DNA of 64,000 nt from Candidatus Magasanikbacteria bacterium RIFCSPHIGHO2_01_FULL_41_23. GTDB lineage: Bacteria > Patescibacteriota > Patescibacteriia > Magasanikbacterales > UBA922. How positions within the stretch are numbered: the first letter of the stretch is position 1; each line of letters opens with the position of its first letter. The position numbers and the translations under genes are program-made. The notes below the pieces were generated by a model that saw nothing but the letters and a program-made list of their open reading frames with translations, was not told where the DNA came from and searched no databases. Location: positions 69,401 to 133,400 of the forward strand of contig MFPT01000002.1 in NCBI GenBank assembly GCA_001782805.1, read 5' to 3'. Below, piece after piece: positions 49,053 through 57,820 of the stretch.

Positions 49053-49961
49053 ATGGACGGAATTCCGGTTTTGGACATGTCTGAGTTCGGGGCTCATCCC
49101 GAACAGGACAAGCGTATCGCCGACTTGATCGGCGAGAACGCGAGAACGCTCAGCTTCATGGCCATCACTGGCCACGGAGTCGAAAACTCGCTCATCAACG
49201 ACGCGTTCGAGGCCATGCGCCAGGTCTTTCAGACCGGCATGACCGAGACGGAACGTCTCCACTACGAGTTCCCCGAGATCGGGCGTCAGGTGGGCTACAC
49301 GCCACCCGACACCGAACAATCGGTGGGACACGCGCTCAAGAACCGCATGCGCTTCTGGCACGTCATGGATCCCAAGTGCGGAATCCGGAACGTGTTCCCC
49401 AGCGAGGTTCTGGAGTTCGAGCGTGTCATGCTGGATCTGCATGCTGCGCTCAAGGGATTCGCGGCCAAAGTGCTCCGAGCCGTGGCCATCCATCTCGGCC
49501 GCGACCCCGAGTTCTTCGTCCGCTGGATCGAGGATGGCGCGAACCTGCTCCGCCCCATCCACTACCCGGCCCTGAACGGCGATGAGAATGTGGAACGCTC
49601 GGGCTCTCACACCGACATCAACCTCATCACCATCCTCGCGCCGGCCACTGTTCCAGGTCTCCGAGTAATGGGACCGGACGGCCAGTGGATCGACGCCAAC
49701 AACCCGCCCGGCACGCTCATCGTCAACTTCGGGGACATGATGCACATGCACACGTTCGGCGAGTTGAAGACGACTCTCCACGAAGTGCACAATCCGGGAA
49801 CCGCGTGCCCGGATCGGTACTCCATCCCCATCTTCATCCACCCGAACGGTCGGCGCATGCTCGTGGGTACCCAAGCCTACCTGCTCCGTCGCCTTCGTCA
49901 GATCAAGCTCATCGGAGAGCTCCCGCCGAACCAGATCGACTACCAGGACATCGAGTCCTAG
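49053..49961 (+). CDS. 2OG-Fe(II) oxygenase, isopenicillin N synthase family; GC-rich insert
   Basis: IPVLD, GHGV, LR.IHYP, HTD...H...RYS facial triad and RxS motif; abrupt GC increase. Confidence 0.92.
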   Translation: MDGIPVLDMSEFGAHPEQDKRIADLIGENARTLSFMAITGHGVENSLINDAFEAMRQVFQTGMTETERLHYEFPEIGRQVGYTPPDTEQSVGHALKNRMRFWHVMDPKCGIRNVFPSEVLEFERVMLDLHAALKGFAAKVLRAVAIHLGRDPEFFVRWIEDGANLLRPIHYPALNGDENVERSGSHTDINLITILAPATVPGLRVMGPDGQWIDANNPPGTLIVNFGDMMHMHTFGELKTTLHEVHNPGTACPDRYSIPIFIHPNGRRMLVGTQAYLLRRLRQIKLIGELPPNQIDYQDIES

Positions 49962-50000
49962 TAGCGCCCACCCCCCAATCCCACCAATCGGGCGACAACC

Positions 50001-50068
50001 AAAACTATGTCACCCAACCCTTATTTCTAAAGTTTGGAAATAGAGGTTGGAGGAAACGACATAGTTTT
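50001..50068 (+). repeat. hairpin family C, divergent copy
   Basis: AAAACTATGTC-AC-CCAACC..TTCTAA..TTGGAA..GGTTGG-AGGAAAC-GACATAGTTTT. Confidence 0.55.
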
Positions 50069-50090
50069 TGTTTTATTAAAATGTATTTAC

Positions 50091-50186
50091 TAAAATAAAA
50101 ATGGACTGGATATAACTTTTTTGGGCACGGAATTTATGACGTGATCCAGAAAAAGTTATGCAAGGAATTTTTATTTTAATTTCCTT
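50091..50186 (+). repeat. hairpin subtype B, copy B2
   Basis: Same arms, GGA/GAA bulge and AATTTCCT tail as 21833-21930; different loop. Confidence 0.8.
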
Positions 50187-50197
50187 AATGTATTATT

Positions 50198-50230
50198 AAA
50201 AAAATCCTCGTTTGATGCAAGGATTTTTTA
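50198..50230 (-). terminator. probable intrinsic terminator after rplU
   Basis: AAAAAATCCT...AGGATTTTTT stem with flanking A/T runs. Confidence 0.55.
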
Positions 50231-50242
50231 TTATATTTTATT

Positions 50243-50554
50243 TTAAACTTTGATAACTTTCACTTTGGTGAAATGCTGCCGATGACCAATCGTTCTCTTA
50301 TAACGAACTTTGCGTTTATATTTAACCACTAAAATTTTCTTAGCACGCCCTTGTTCCGCCACAATGGCCTCAACCGTAACACCCTCCAAATACGGAGCGC
50401 CAATTTTAACATCCGTCCCATCATCTTCAGCCGTCAGCATTACTTTATCAAAAATAATAATACCGTTAACTTCGGCCGGAAGTTTTTCCACTTTTAAGGC
50501 ATCGCCACTTTTAACCAAATATTGCTTACCACCTGTTTCAATAACTGCGAACAT
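50243..50554 (-). CDS. rplU: 50S ribosomal protein L21
   Basis: MFAVIETGGKQY.V, IGAPY, GHRQ.FT. Confidence 0.98.
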   Translation of the reverse strand: MFAVIETGGKQYLVKSGDALKVEKLPAEVNGIIIFDKVMLTAEDDGTDVKIGAPYLEGVTVEAIVAEQGRAKKILVVKYKRKVRYKRTIGHRQHFTKVKVIKV

Positions 50555-50598
50555 ATAAATAAATTAAGCCAAATAAATCTAAAATTAGGAATGAGCGG

Positions 50599-50627
50599 AT
50601 TATACGCAAATGCTTCAAAATTGTCAA
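50599..50627 (-). promoter_or_regulatory. rplU promoter
   Basis: TTGACA-17 nt-TATAAT. Confidence 0.85.
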
Positions 50628-50628
50628 G

Positions 50629-51108
50629 CTAAGGATCCCCAACAATTTCCAATCTATCTCCAATCTTCAAATCATATTTTTCAACCCATCCAGCCTCCAA
50701 TTCCAAAACCAAATTGGCTGACTTACGTGGAATATAACGTCGCAGTTCTGTTTCTTTAATATCTAGTTCAGTTGGAACATTGGGCGCAATATCCACCACT
50801 TCGCCGTTCAAAAACCACACGATATCAATGGGAAAAAGCGTATCGCGCATCACAAATCCGTATTTGTTGGGAACGGCAAACACAAATAACATTCCATCAT
50901 AAGGAGCAAGTGCTGTTCTGCCACCAAGACCTTTGTAATGCCGATACGGATTATCTGCCACCAAAACTTTCAGTGACGTATCTTTTAAAATTACCGTTGT
51001 CTTAGGCCAATAAAATTTATAAGCTTGGACACTAATAAAACCAATTAAAAAAATTACTACAATAATTTTGAAATGTCGAATTGAACGTTCTTTATTTATT
51101 TCTGACAT
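50629..51108 (-). CDS. DUF192 family protein
   Basis: VAD......GL, GMLFVF, MRDTLFPIDIVW, VLELEAG, GD. Confidence 0.9.
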   Translation of the reverse strand: MSEINKERSIRHFKIIVVIFLIGFISVQAYKFYWPKTTVILKDTSLKVLVADNPYRHYKGLGGRTALAPYDGMLFVFAVPNKYGFVMRDTLFPIDIVWFLNGEVVDIAPNVPTELDIKETELRRYIPRKSANLVLELEAGWVEKYDLKIGDRLEIVGDP

Positions 51109-51156
51109 ATTTCAATAATATTTACTCCAATTCATAAAAAAATAGTCTTTACTCCC

Positions 51157-51327
51157 TCGTAATCAAACTCCGTTTTCTAAGTCTAAAGCAAAATTCAACG
51201 ATATCCTTTTGTTCAACTGATAGTCTAACGGATTATGCATTCTAAACAAGTCATTATACTCAGCTTTCAGCAAAAGTATATTCGTCTCCATTTTGCTTAT
51301 TAGTATATTGGATGTTTGGGTGTTGCA
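51157..51327 (-). repeat. family A copy A4 (hairpin 51186-51298, core 51212-51268)
   Basis: Same core and length as A3/A5; compensatory arm changes (AAGCAAAAT/ATTTTGCTT). Confidence 0.92.
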
Positions 51328-51348
51328 TTAGGTGTTGCCTTTGTGGGT

Positions 51349-51504
51349 AATTTCAGTAGTGGGTAATTTTATTTTTCAGTAATGTGTATGAGCATCCTTT
51401 CTACTGGCTTGGTTAGAGTAGATTAGATGTCAATAAAGCATAGACTGGGAGGGTAAAAGAATAGCGAGTTTTACTGAAAAAGAAAATTATCTACTACTGA
51501 AATT
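51349..51504. repeat. 34-bp inverted repeat with 88-nt spacer
   Basis: AATTTCAGTAGTGGGTAATTTTATTTTTCAGTAA / TTACTGAAAAAGAAAATTATCTACTACTGAAATT. Confidence 0.85.
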
Positions 51505-51542
51505 CATGTTGATTTAAATTGAGTTGATTTATTTTAATTTCC

Positions 51543-52586
51543 TCAAAGTATTTGGGATTTATTTTTATTCCGTTTTGACAAAAAAGTAGACAGGCCAAAC
51601 ATAATCGCGCCCAGAATCACAAAAGCCAACAATTTATACCGATTCGACAAAAACAACGCCGATAAACCAAACACCAAAGCGATGCTATACATTACCAGCA
51701 CCGCCTCACGTTGAGTTAGACCGGAATTTAATAATTTAAAATGCAAATGTTCACTGTCTCCGACAAAAATCGGCTTACCCTTATACCAGCGTTCAAAAAT
51801 TACCCGCGCCACATCCAAAGCCGGCAAACCCAAAACCAACAACGTTGTAATAATTTTGCTACCGGAAATAACCGCGATAATGGCCAACAAATAACCGGTC
51901 AATAAACTGCCGCCCTCACCCAAAAAAATTTTAGCCGGATGAAAATTCCAAACCAAAAATCCCATACATGAACCGGCCAGAAGCAATGCCAAAAAACTAA
52001 CCTCGGGCTGAAACCATGCCGACTGTTGCGTTAAAAAATAAATAATAATCGCGCCAATCGCCACCATCCCTGATACCAAACCATCCAAACCATCCAAAAA
52101 TTTGGTCGTAAACATCATGCCCATTAACCAAAAAAATAAAATAATATCAGCCCCGGCAAACCATTGACTTAGATTGATTGAACCACCAAGCGGATTAGTG
52201 ATTGCTGTCGGTCCCATACCAACATACACCAAAATTAAACTGGCGATAATTGGACAAATTATTTGCACACTGGGTGGCAATTGATATTTATCATCAAACC
52301 AACCGCCAATCATCAGAATGCTTGCGCCAAGCCACACTGCCACAATATGATAAAAAGGAATTTCAACAAAAATAACCAAACGAATGACGATTGACAAAAA
52401 TAACAAACCAAAAAAAGTCAGATAAATTACCCAACCACCACCCAAAGGAATAGCGCGATCATGAATTTTTCTCCCTTGTTTTTGCGGTCGATCGATTATG
52501 CCAAAACGTCTCATTGCCCAAGCCACAAACGGAGACAAAATACAGGCCACAATCCCAGCCATCCACAAAGTTGCTAAACGAATCAT
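51543..52586 (-). CDS. WecA/TagO-type undecaprenyl-phosphate GlcNAc-1-P transferase
   Basis: RKIH...P.GGG, DDK, DGLDGL, NFHPAKIFLGEGGS, HLH. Confidence 0.92.
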   Translation of the reverse strand: MIRLATLWMAGIVACILSPFVAWAMRRFGIIDRPQKQGRKIHDRAIPLGGGWVIYLTFFGLLFLSIVIRLVIFVEIPFYHIVAVWLGASILMIGGWFDDKYQLPPSVQIICPIIASLILVYVGMGPTAITNPLGGSINLSQWFAGADIILFFWLMGMMFTTKFLDGLDGLVSGMVAIGAIIIYFLTQQSAWFQPEVSFLALLLAGSCMGFLVWNFHPAKIFLGEGGSLLTGYLLAIIAVISGSKIITTLLVLGLPALDVARVIFERWYKGKPIFVGDSEHLHFKLLNSGLTQREAVLVMYSIALVFGLSALFLSNRYKLLAFVILGAIMFGLSTFLSKRNKNKSQIL

Positions 52587-52609
52587 ATTATTTTTTTGAT
52601 ACTATCATT

Positions 52610-55369
52610 TCAAGTCGGCAAAGGCAATCCAGCGCGTTCAATTGAAATTTTTGCATTTTCTCCAACAACAATGATATCACGTCGTTGCAATTTCCCACTC
52701 AAAATTAATTCAGCCAATTGGTCTTCCACATGTTCTTGAATCGCGCGACGCATCGGACGCGCGCCAAATTCCGGATCATATCCAATTTGGGACAATGCCT
52801 CGAGTCCGGCATCTTCCACGCGCAAATCAATCCCTCGCGCTTCCAAATCTTTGGCCACGCGCTTTAACATAAAGCCGGCAATTTGTTTAATTTCTTCCCG
52901 ATTCAATGGCGTAAATACTATAATACCATCAAAGCGATTCAAAAATTCCGGCCGATAATAATTTTTTAATTCCGAGCGTAATAATTTTTCCCGAATCTGA
53001 TCAGTCGGTGTTCCCGCCCGCACTGCTTCTTGAATAAAAGTAGTTCCCGCATTTGATGTCGCGATAATAATCGTATTGGTAAAATCAATCACGCGACCAA
53101 TACTATCAGTCAAACGTCCGTCATCAAAGACTTGCAAAAATAAATTCAACACATTGGGATCGGCTTTTTCCAACTCATCCAACAAAATTAAAGAAAATGG
53201 TTTTTCACGCACAGCTTCGGTCAAAAGTCCGGTGCCTTGTTGACCAATCTGACCAATCAAACGATAAATTCCGCTTTTGTCCTGATATTCACTCATGTCC
53301 ACGCGAATCATTCGGTCTTCGCGGCCAAAATAGACATCAGCGATTGTTTTGGCCAATTCAGTTTTACCAACTCCGGTCGGACCTAAAAATAAAAAATTCG
53401 CGATTGGCCGGCCTTTGGAACGAATTTCCGCTCGCGCTCGACGAAGTGCGCTTGCCACCATAACCACGGCTTCGTTTTGTCCCACCACCCGTTTATGCAT
53501 TTCGGTTTCCAGACGCAACAGTTTACTGGATTCATCTTCGCTAATACTCGTTGCGGGAATCCCGGTTTTTTGTCCAATCACAGCCGCTACATCATCGGTC
53601 GTAACCAATGGTTTTGCCGGATGTTTGCTATGAGCCAAACTCGCGCTTTCGGAAAATAAAGTCAATGCACTTTCGGGCAAATACTGATCATGCAAATAAC
53701 GATTGGCATGTTGAACACAACGCGCCAGCGCATCATAGGAAAAAAATACATTATGCTTATACTCCACCTGTCCGGCCTTTGATTCCAAAACTTGAATCGC
53801 TTGATTTTCATCCATTATGGAAATTTCCACTTTGGCAAAAATAGAGCTTAATTCAGAATTGGCAATATGTTTGTGATAGGCATCAGGTTGAGTCGTGGCC
53901 AAAGTTAAAAAATGGCCGCCACTTAAATATTCAGCCAAAGTTCCGGCCACATTCATACCTGATTCTTGTTGCGCATCTTCCCCACCGATCAAATCAGTGA
54001 CATTATTGATTACCAAAATAATATTCCGCGCGCGCGCCAGCTCATTCATAATTTTAATCAATCGTTCCTGCGCTCCGGAAACAGTCGTCCCGGCCAAAAG
54101 CGATGAAGTAGAAACTTGGACGAGTCGTTTATCTTTTAAACGATCCGGCACACGATCTTGCACCATACGTTCGGCAATCCCTTCAATGATACTCATTTTC
54201 CCCACTCCGGGAGAGCCCACCAAAAGCACACTCTGTTGTCCACCTTCAATGATTCTAAAAATTGCGTCAATTTCATTATCGCGCGCCACGCACGGATACA
54301 AATATCCCAATTGTGCTTTAAGCGTTAAATCCTCGCTAAAACTATTTAAAAACGGAGTAGCCACCGCAGTCATGGCTCGGTCAATCCCATGAGTATCCCG
54401 ATGCGCCGAGGCTTGGCGTAACGCCAAATAATCTTCGCGTAATTGTTCACGAATTCGTACCCAAGCCACGACATTGTCCAGTTTAACACTGTCAATATTC
54501 AAATCATATAAAATTTCTTGCAAAGCCGGCCACGCCCGAACCGTTGCCAAAAGCAAAGCGCTTTCCCGGACATGCGAATCATGAGTTTTGGCCGAAATTT
54601 CGTACGCCGCAAATAAAATTTGCTCAAAAATATCGGACATGACCGGCTCAATAGTATTTTTTGTTTTTGTTATTTCAAAAGTAGAAACTCTGACTTTAAC
54701 TGTTTCCGGTGAAATCCCCAGACGAATAAACATGTTACCCACCATTGGTTGATCGATTAAAGCCAAAAATAGATGTTTTGGTTCAATCATTGCTGACTTT
54801 TCTGTCACTGCCAACTTAAAAGCGGTATCAAGTGTGTGTTTGGCAGTGACGGTAAACGTTTCCGAAATATTTAATGATCTAACTTTTGGTATTTTTTTTA
54901 ATTGCTCCCAATCTAATTGGACAATTTCTGGCGCTTCATCGTTGGTATAATTTCGTAATAAGGCAATTGGCTTATTTGATTGAACAATCCGATACCACAC
55001 ATAACTGAACGCGCCAATGCCTAACCAAAAAAATGATTTGGTCCACAAATGTCGCCGCGACCAAAAATCAAATGAAAATAAATCCAACCAAAAATCCATT
55101 CGATAAATATCCCAAAAAAATAAACCAACAAATCCCAGACCAAAAATCAAAGCGGTCATGATTTGAAAAGCATTTAAAAAATCTCGACCGCGACGAAGCG
55201 CGATATCATAAGCTGACAATGGCCAAGTCCAATACCAAAATTCATTATACAAAAAAAATCCACGCCCACGTCCCAGACAAAACGAACATTTGAATAAACC
55301 TTTAAGACCGGTTGCACTACAGTTCGCACACCGGATAACATTAAATTTTTCGTTTTGAGAAAATTGCAT
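52610..55369 (-). CDS. membrane-anchored ClpA/B-family AAA+ ATPase
   Basis: N-terminal CxxC..CxxC, 2 TM segments, Clp-N repeat, GSPGVGK, GPTGVGKT, DMSEY, LLDELEKA, FGARP. Confidence 0.9.
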   Translation of the reverse strand: MQFSQNEKFNVIRCANCSATGLKGLFKCSFCLGRGRGFFLYNEFWYWTWPLSAYDIALRRGRDFLNAFQIMTALIFGLGFVGLFFWDIYRMDFWLDLFSFDFWSRRHLWTKSFFWLGIGAFSYVWYRIVQSNKPIALLRNYTNDEAPEIVQLDWEQLKKIPKVRSLNISETFTVTAKHTLDTAFKLAVTEKSAMIEPKHLFLALIDQPMVGNMFIRLGISPETVKVRVSTFEITKTKNTIEPVMSDIFEQILFAAYEISAKTHDSHVRESALLLATVRAWPALQEILYDLNIDSVKLDNVVAWVRIREQLREDYLALRQASAHRDTHGIDRAMTAVATPFLNSFSEDLTLKAQLGYLYPCVARDNEIDAIFRIIEGGQQSVLLVGSPGVGKMSIIEGIAERMVQDRVPDRLKDKRLVQVSTSSLLAGTTVSGAQERLIKIMNELARARNIILVINNVTDLIGGEDAQQESGMNVAGTLAEYLSGGHFLTLATTQPDAYHKHIANSELSSIFAKVEISIMDENQAIQVLESKAGQVEYKHNVFFSYDALARCVQHANRYLHDQYLPESALTLFSESASLAHSKHPAKPLVTTDDVAAVIGQKTGIPATSISEDESSKLLRLETEMHKRVVGQNEAVVMVASALRRARAEIRSKGRPIANFLFLGPTGVGKTELAKTIADVYFGREDRMIRVDMSEYQDKSGIYRLIGQIGQQGTGLLTEAVREKPFSLILLDELEKADPNVLNLFLQVFDDGRLTDSIGRVIDFTNTIIIATSNAGTTFIQEAVRAGTPTDQIREKLLRSELKNYYRPEFLNRFDGIIVFTPLNREEIKQIAGFMLKRVAKDLEARGIDLRVEDAGLEALSQIGYDPEFGARPMRRAIQEHVEDQLAELILSGKLQRRDIIVVGENAKISIERAGLPLPT

Positions 55370-55370
55370 A

Positions 55371-55730
55371 TTAGGGACTGAAGCTGGAAATGATCAGCAT
55401 ATAAATCACAAATACGGGCATAACTAACCACAATAAAAATAAAACCAAAACTACAAAAAACCAAACTAATAAACATAACGTGCGGCCAATCACATTGGTC
55501 AAACGCACGATAAAACTGATCAGTCTTCCCTGCCAATCATGCTGACCAAACATCGGCACAAAAACATTTTTGAGCCACAATCTTGGAGCCAATAAATTAT
55601 TGGCCGCAGACAACAAATTTAGACACGCGCGCAAGGTGTGCATCATGCCGCTGGTATACCACCAAAAGGGAAAATAAAAAATATCGAAAATAAATTCGAT
55701 GAATAATCTTTGTAAAACTAGAAGATGCAT
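55371..55730 (-). CDS. small membrane protein co-transcribed with the Clp ATPase
   Basis: YFPFWWY..G, KNVFVPM, GRLISFIVR; ends 1 nt before the Clp start. Confidence 0.8.
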   Translation of the reverse strand: MHLLVLQRLFIEFIFDIFYFPFWWYTSGMMHTLRACLNLLSAANNLLAPRLWLKNVFVPMFGQHDWQGRLISFIVRLTNVIGRTLCLLVWFFVVLVLFLLWLVMPVFVIYMLIISSFSP

Positions 55731-55733
55731 ACG

Positions 55734-55891
55734 TTTTTACTAACTCGTAATCAAACTTCACTGATCCTCTTTTTTTCAACTGATAGTCTAACGGATTATG
55801 CATTCTCAGTAAGTCAATATACTCAGCTTTCAGAAAAAGAGGATTCAGTTCCAGTTTGATTCAAAGATTAATTGAATGTTTTGGTGTTGCA
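55734..55891 (-). repeat. family A copy A5 (hairpin 55749-55861, core 55775-55831)
   Basis: 109/113 nt identical to the A3 hairpin. Confidence 0.92.
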
Positions 55892-55924
55892 CTCGTGAGA
55901 TTGGTATTAGTATACCATTTTTTA

Positions 55925-55962
55925 AAAATAAAAAAATCCCGAAATGATCGGGACTTTATTTT
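55925..55962 (-). terminator. possible terminator after ftsL-like gene
   Basis: TCCCGA...TCGGGA stem flanked by A/T runs. Confidence 0.55.
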
Positions 55963-56302
55963 ATCGTTTGGCGACGATCGCGGATTCAACCGACGCATAT
56001 TCAACCTGATCAACCGGTACATATCCTTTGTCAGCCAATTCATCATTCAAGCGCGTAATTGATTGTGCTTCGGCCAAAAAAACATCCAATTGGCGATTGT
56101 CAACTTGAAGTGTTTTGATTTGCTTGTTTAATTGACTAACGGCATATCCACTGGCAGTAACCTGATTGGTTTGAAACACATAAAAAAAAGCGGCGGCCAC
56201 AACCACACTAATAAATGCCACGCGAACAGGCAATTTTTGAGTAATGGATTCAATTTTTAACCACCAAGAATCTGGAGTGTGCCGACGAGAGTGGTAATAC
56301 AT
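55961..56302 (-). CDS. FtsL-like cell division protein
   Basis: Single TM segment + coiled coil, directly after rsmH. Confidence 0.65.
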   Translation of the reverse strand: MYYHSRRHTPDSWWLKIESITQKLPVRVAFISVVVAAAFFYVFQTNQVTASGYAVSQLNKQIKTLQVDNRQLDVFLAEAQSITRLNDELADKGYVPVDQVEYASVESAIVAKR

Positions 56303-56331
56303 AGTGACAGGCTCGTATTAACAATTAATAA

Positions 56332-57237
56332 TTAATTTTTTTGGATAACACGAAGTTTGGCTGATCGCGCGCGCGGATTTGCTTTATATTCTTCTTCGCC
56401 ACATACAATTGGTTTTTTGGTAATAATCGTTGCGCTATTTTTTTGTTCCAAATCTTTAAAATAATGTTTGACTATTCTGTCTTCCAACGAATGAAAAGTG
56501 ATAACTGCCAATCGTCCGCCTGAAGCTAGGACTTTTATGGCTTGGGGTAAAACTTCTTCTATGACTTCCAATTCCCGATTAACCGCGATGCGCAAAGCCT
56601 GAAATATTTTTGTGGCCGGATGTAGTCCTCCAATCCAAGGAATTTCTTTATCGGTTTTTAATTTTTTCCGATATGTTGCTAAAATTATTTCCGTCAATTG
56701 TCCGGTTTGTTTAATTGGCTCGCCTTGGCGATACGAAATTATCGCGCTCACTATTTCTTTACTTAAATTTTCTTCGCCATATTCCCGAAAAATTTGTTCC
56801 AGTTCATTAGCATCAAATGTATTAACAATTTCCGTGGCTGTAATTTCTTCCCTACCACTATACGTCATGTTCAATGGTTCATCAGTCAAAAAACTGAATC
56901 CTCGACCGCGCTCGGCGAATTGCGGACTGGACCAACCCAGATCAAGCAGAATTCCCTTAATTTCACCAATCGGATTTTCCGCGACAATTTTTTCCAGCTC
57001 GGAAAAATTTCCCCGCACAAACGTAACTCTGTTCGCGAACGAATACAGATATTGCTTGGCGCGTAACAATGATTCCGGATCCGCGTCAATCGCCAATAAT
57101 TGCCCGTTTGGCGCAGTCGCTTCCAGAATTTTTTCACTATGTCCGCCATCACCAACTGTACAATCAATGACATTATCATTAGACTTAAGTTGTAAAGATT
57201 CCAAAACCTCATTCAGTAATACCGGAATATGGCGCAT
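56332..57237 (-). CDS. rsmH: 16S rRNA m4C1402 methyltransferase
   Basis: HIPVLL, DCTVGDGGHS, DLGWSSPQ, RGFSF, FQALRIAVN, FHSLEDR, NPRARSAKLR. Confidence 0.97.
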   Translation of the reverse strand: MRHIPVLLNEVLESLQLKSNDNVIDCTVGDGGHSEKILEATAPNGQLLAIDADPESLLRAKQYLYSFANRVTFVRGNFSELEKIVAENPIGEIKGILLDLGWSSPQFAERGRGFSFLTDEPLNMTYSGREEITATEIVNTFDANELEQIFREYGEENLSKEIVSAIISYRQGEPIKQTGQLTEIILATYRKKLKTDKEIPWIGGLHPATKIFQALRIAVNRELEVIEEVLPQAIKVLASGGRLAVITFHSLEDRIVKHYFKDLEQKNSATIITKKPIVCGEEEYKANPRARSAKLRVIQKN

Positions 57238-57246
57238 ACAATTATT

Positions 57247-57678
57247 CTAAACTCCCAATTGACCCATCTGCTCGGCAATCGTGGTACTTTCGGCTTCCGT
57301 GCGTTTGGTGTATTCACTCCATTTGCCCGCGTCCCACAGTTCCAGCCGATTGTACAAACCAGCTACGACCACATCTTTTTTGAGCGTGGCGTACGAACGC
57401 AAATACTCGGGCAAAATTATGCGACCTTGTTTATCCACTTCCACATCCATAGCACCAGCCAGCATTAAACGCGCGAACGCTCGTGTGTTGGCTTGAGCAA
57501 ATGGCAGATTGGCCAATTTTTCTGCCAGTTTTGCCCACTCAACTTTGGTGTACAAAAACAAGCAGTTATCCAAACCACGCGTGACAAACGCTCCTTTGGC
57601 CAAAGCATTCCGAAATTTTTTCGGAACTGACAGCCGACCCTTATCATCGAGGCTATGTGAATATTCGCCGATAAACAT
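57247..57678 (-). CDS. mraZ: division/cell wall cluster repressor MraZ
   Basis: MFIGEY.HSLDDKGRL.VP, DKQGRI..P. Confidence 0.97.
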   Translation of the reverse strand: MFIGEYSHSLDDKGRLSVPKKFRNALAKGAFVTRGLDNCLFLYTKVEWAKLAEKLANLPFAQANTRAFARLMLAGAMDVEVDKQGRIILPEYLRSYATLKKDVVVAGLYNRLELWDAGKWSEYTKRTEAESTTIAEQMGQLGV

Positions 57679-57711
57679 ATTTGGGGATTAATTAGGAATA
57701 CAAGCATTTTT

Positions 57712-57746
57712 CCCACTTTTCCCCACTTGTTTCCATTATATACCAC
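57712..57746 (-). promoter_or_regulatory. MraZ operator repeats
   Basis: GTGGT-N5-ATGGA-N5-GTGGG-N5-GTGGG at 10-bp period upstream of mraZ. Confidence 0.8.
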
Positions 57747-57779
57747 AATAAAACACACAACAATCCCTTTATCCCCTAT

Positions 57780-57788
57780 TTATCCACA
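57780..57788 (+). promoter_or_regulatory. DnaA box upstream of mraZ operon
   Basis: Perfect TTATCCACA. Confidence 0.55.
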
Positions 57789-57819
57789 CCTCGACTCACT
57801 CCGTTCGCTCGGGTGGAAA
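57789..57819 (+). repeat. intergenic copy of the micro-element (long variant)
   Basis: CCTCGACTCACTCCGTTCGCTCGGGTGGAAA. Confidence 0.8.
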
Positions 57820-57820
57820 C

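Noticed and set aside
49047-49874. 275-aa antisense ORF
   Set aside because: Shadow of the GC-rich oxygenase, whose sense frame has all catalytic motifs.
56612-57250. 212-aa plus-strand ORF
   Set aside because: Antisense shadow of rsmH; the same applies to other short overlapping ORFs in the track.
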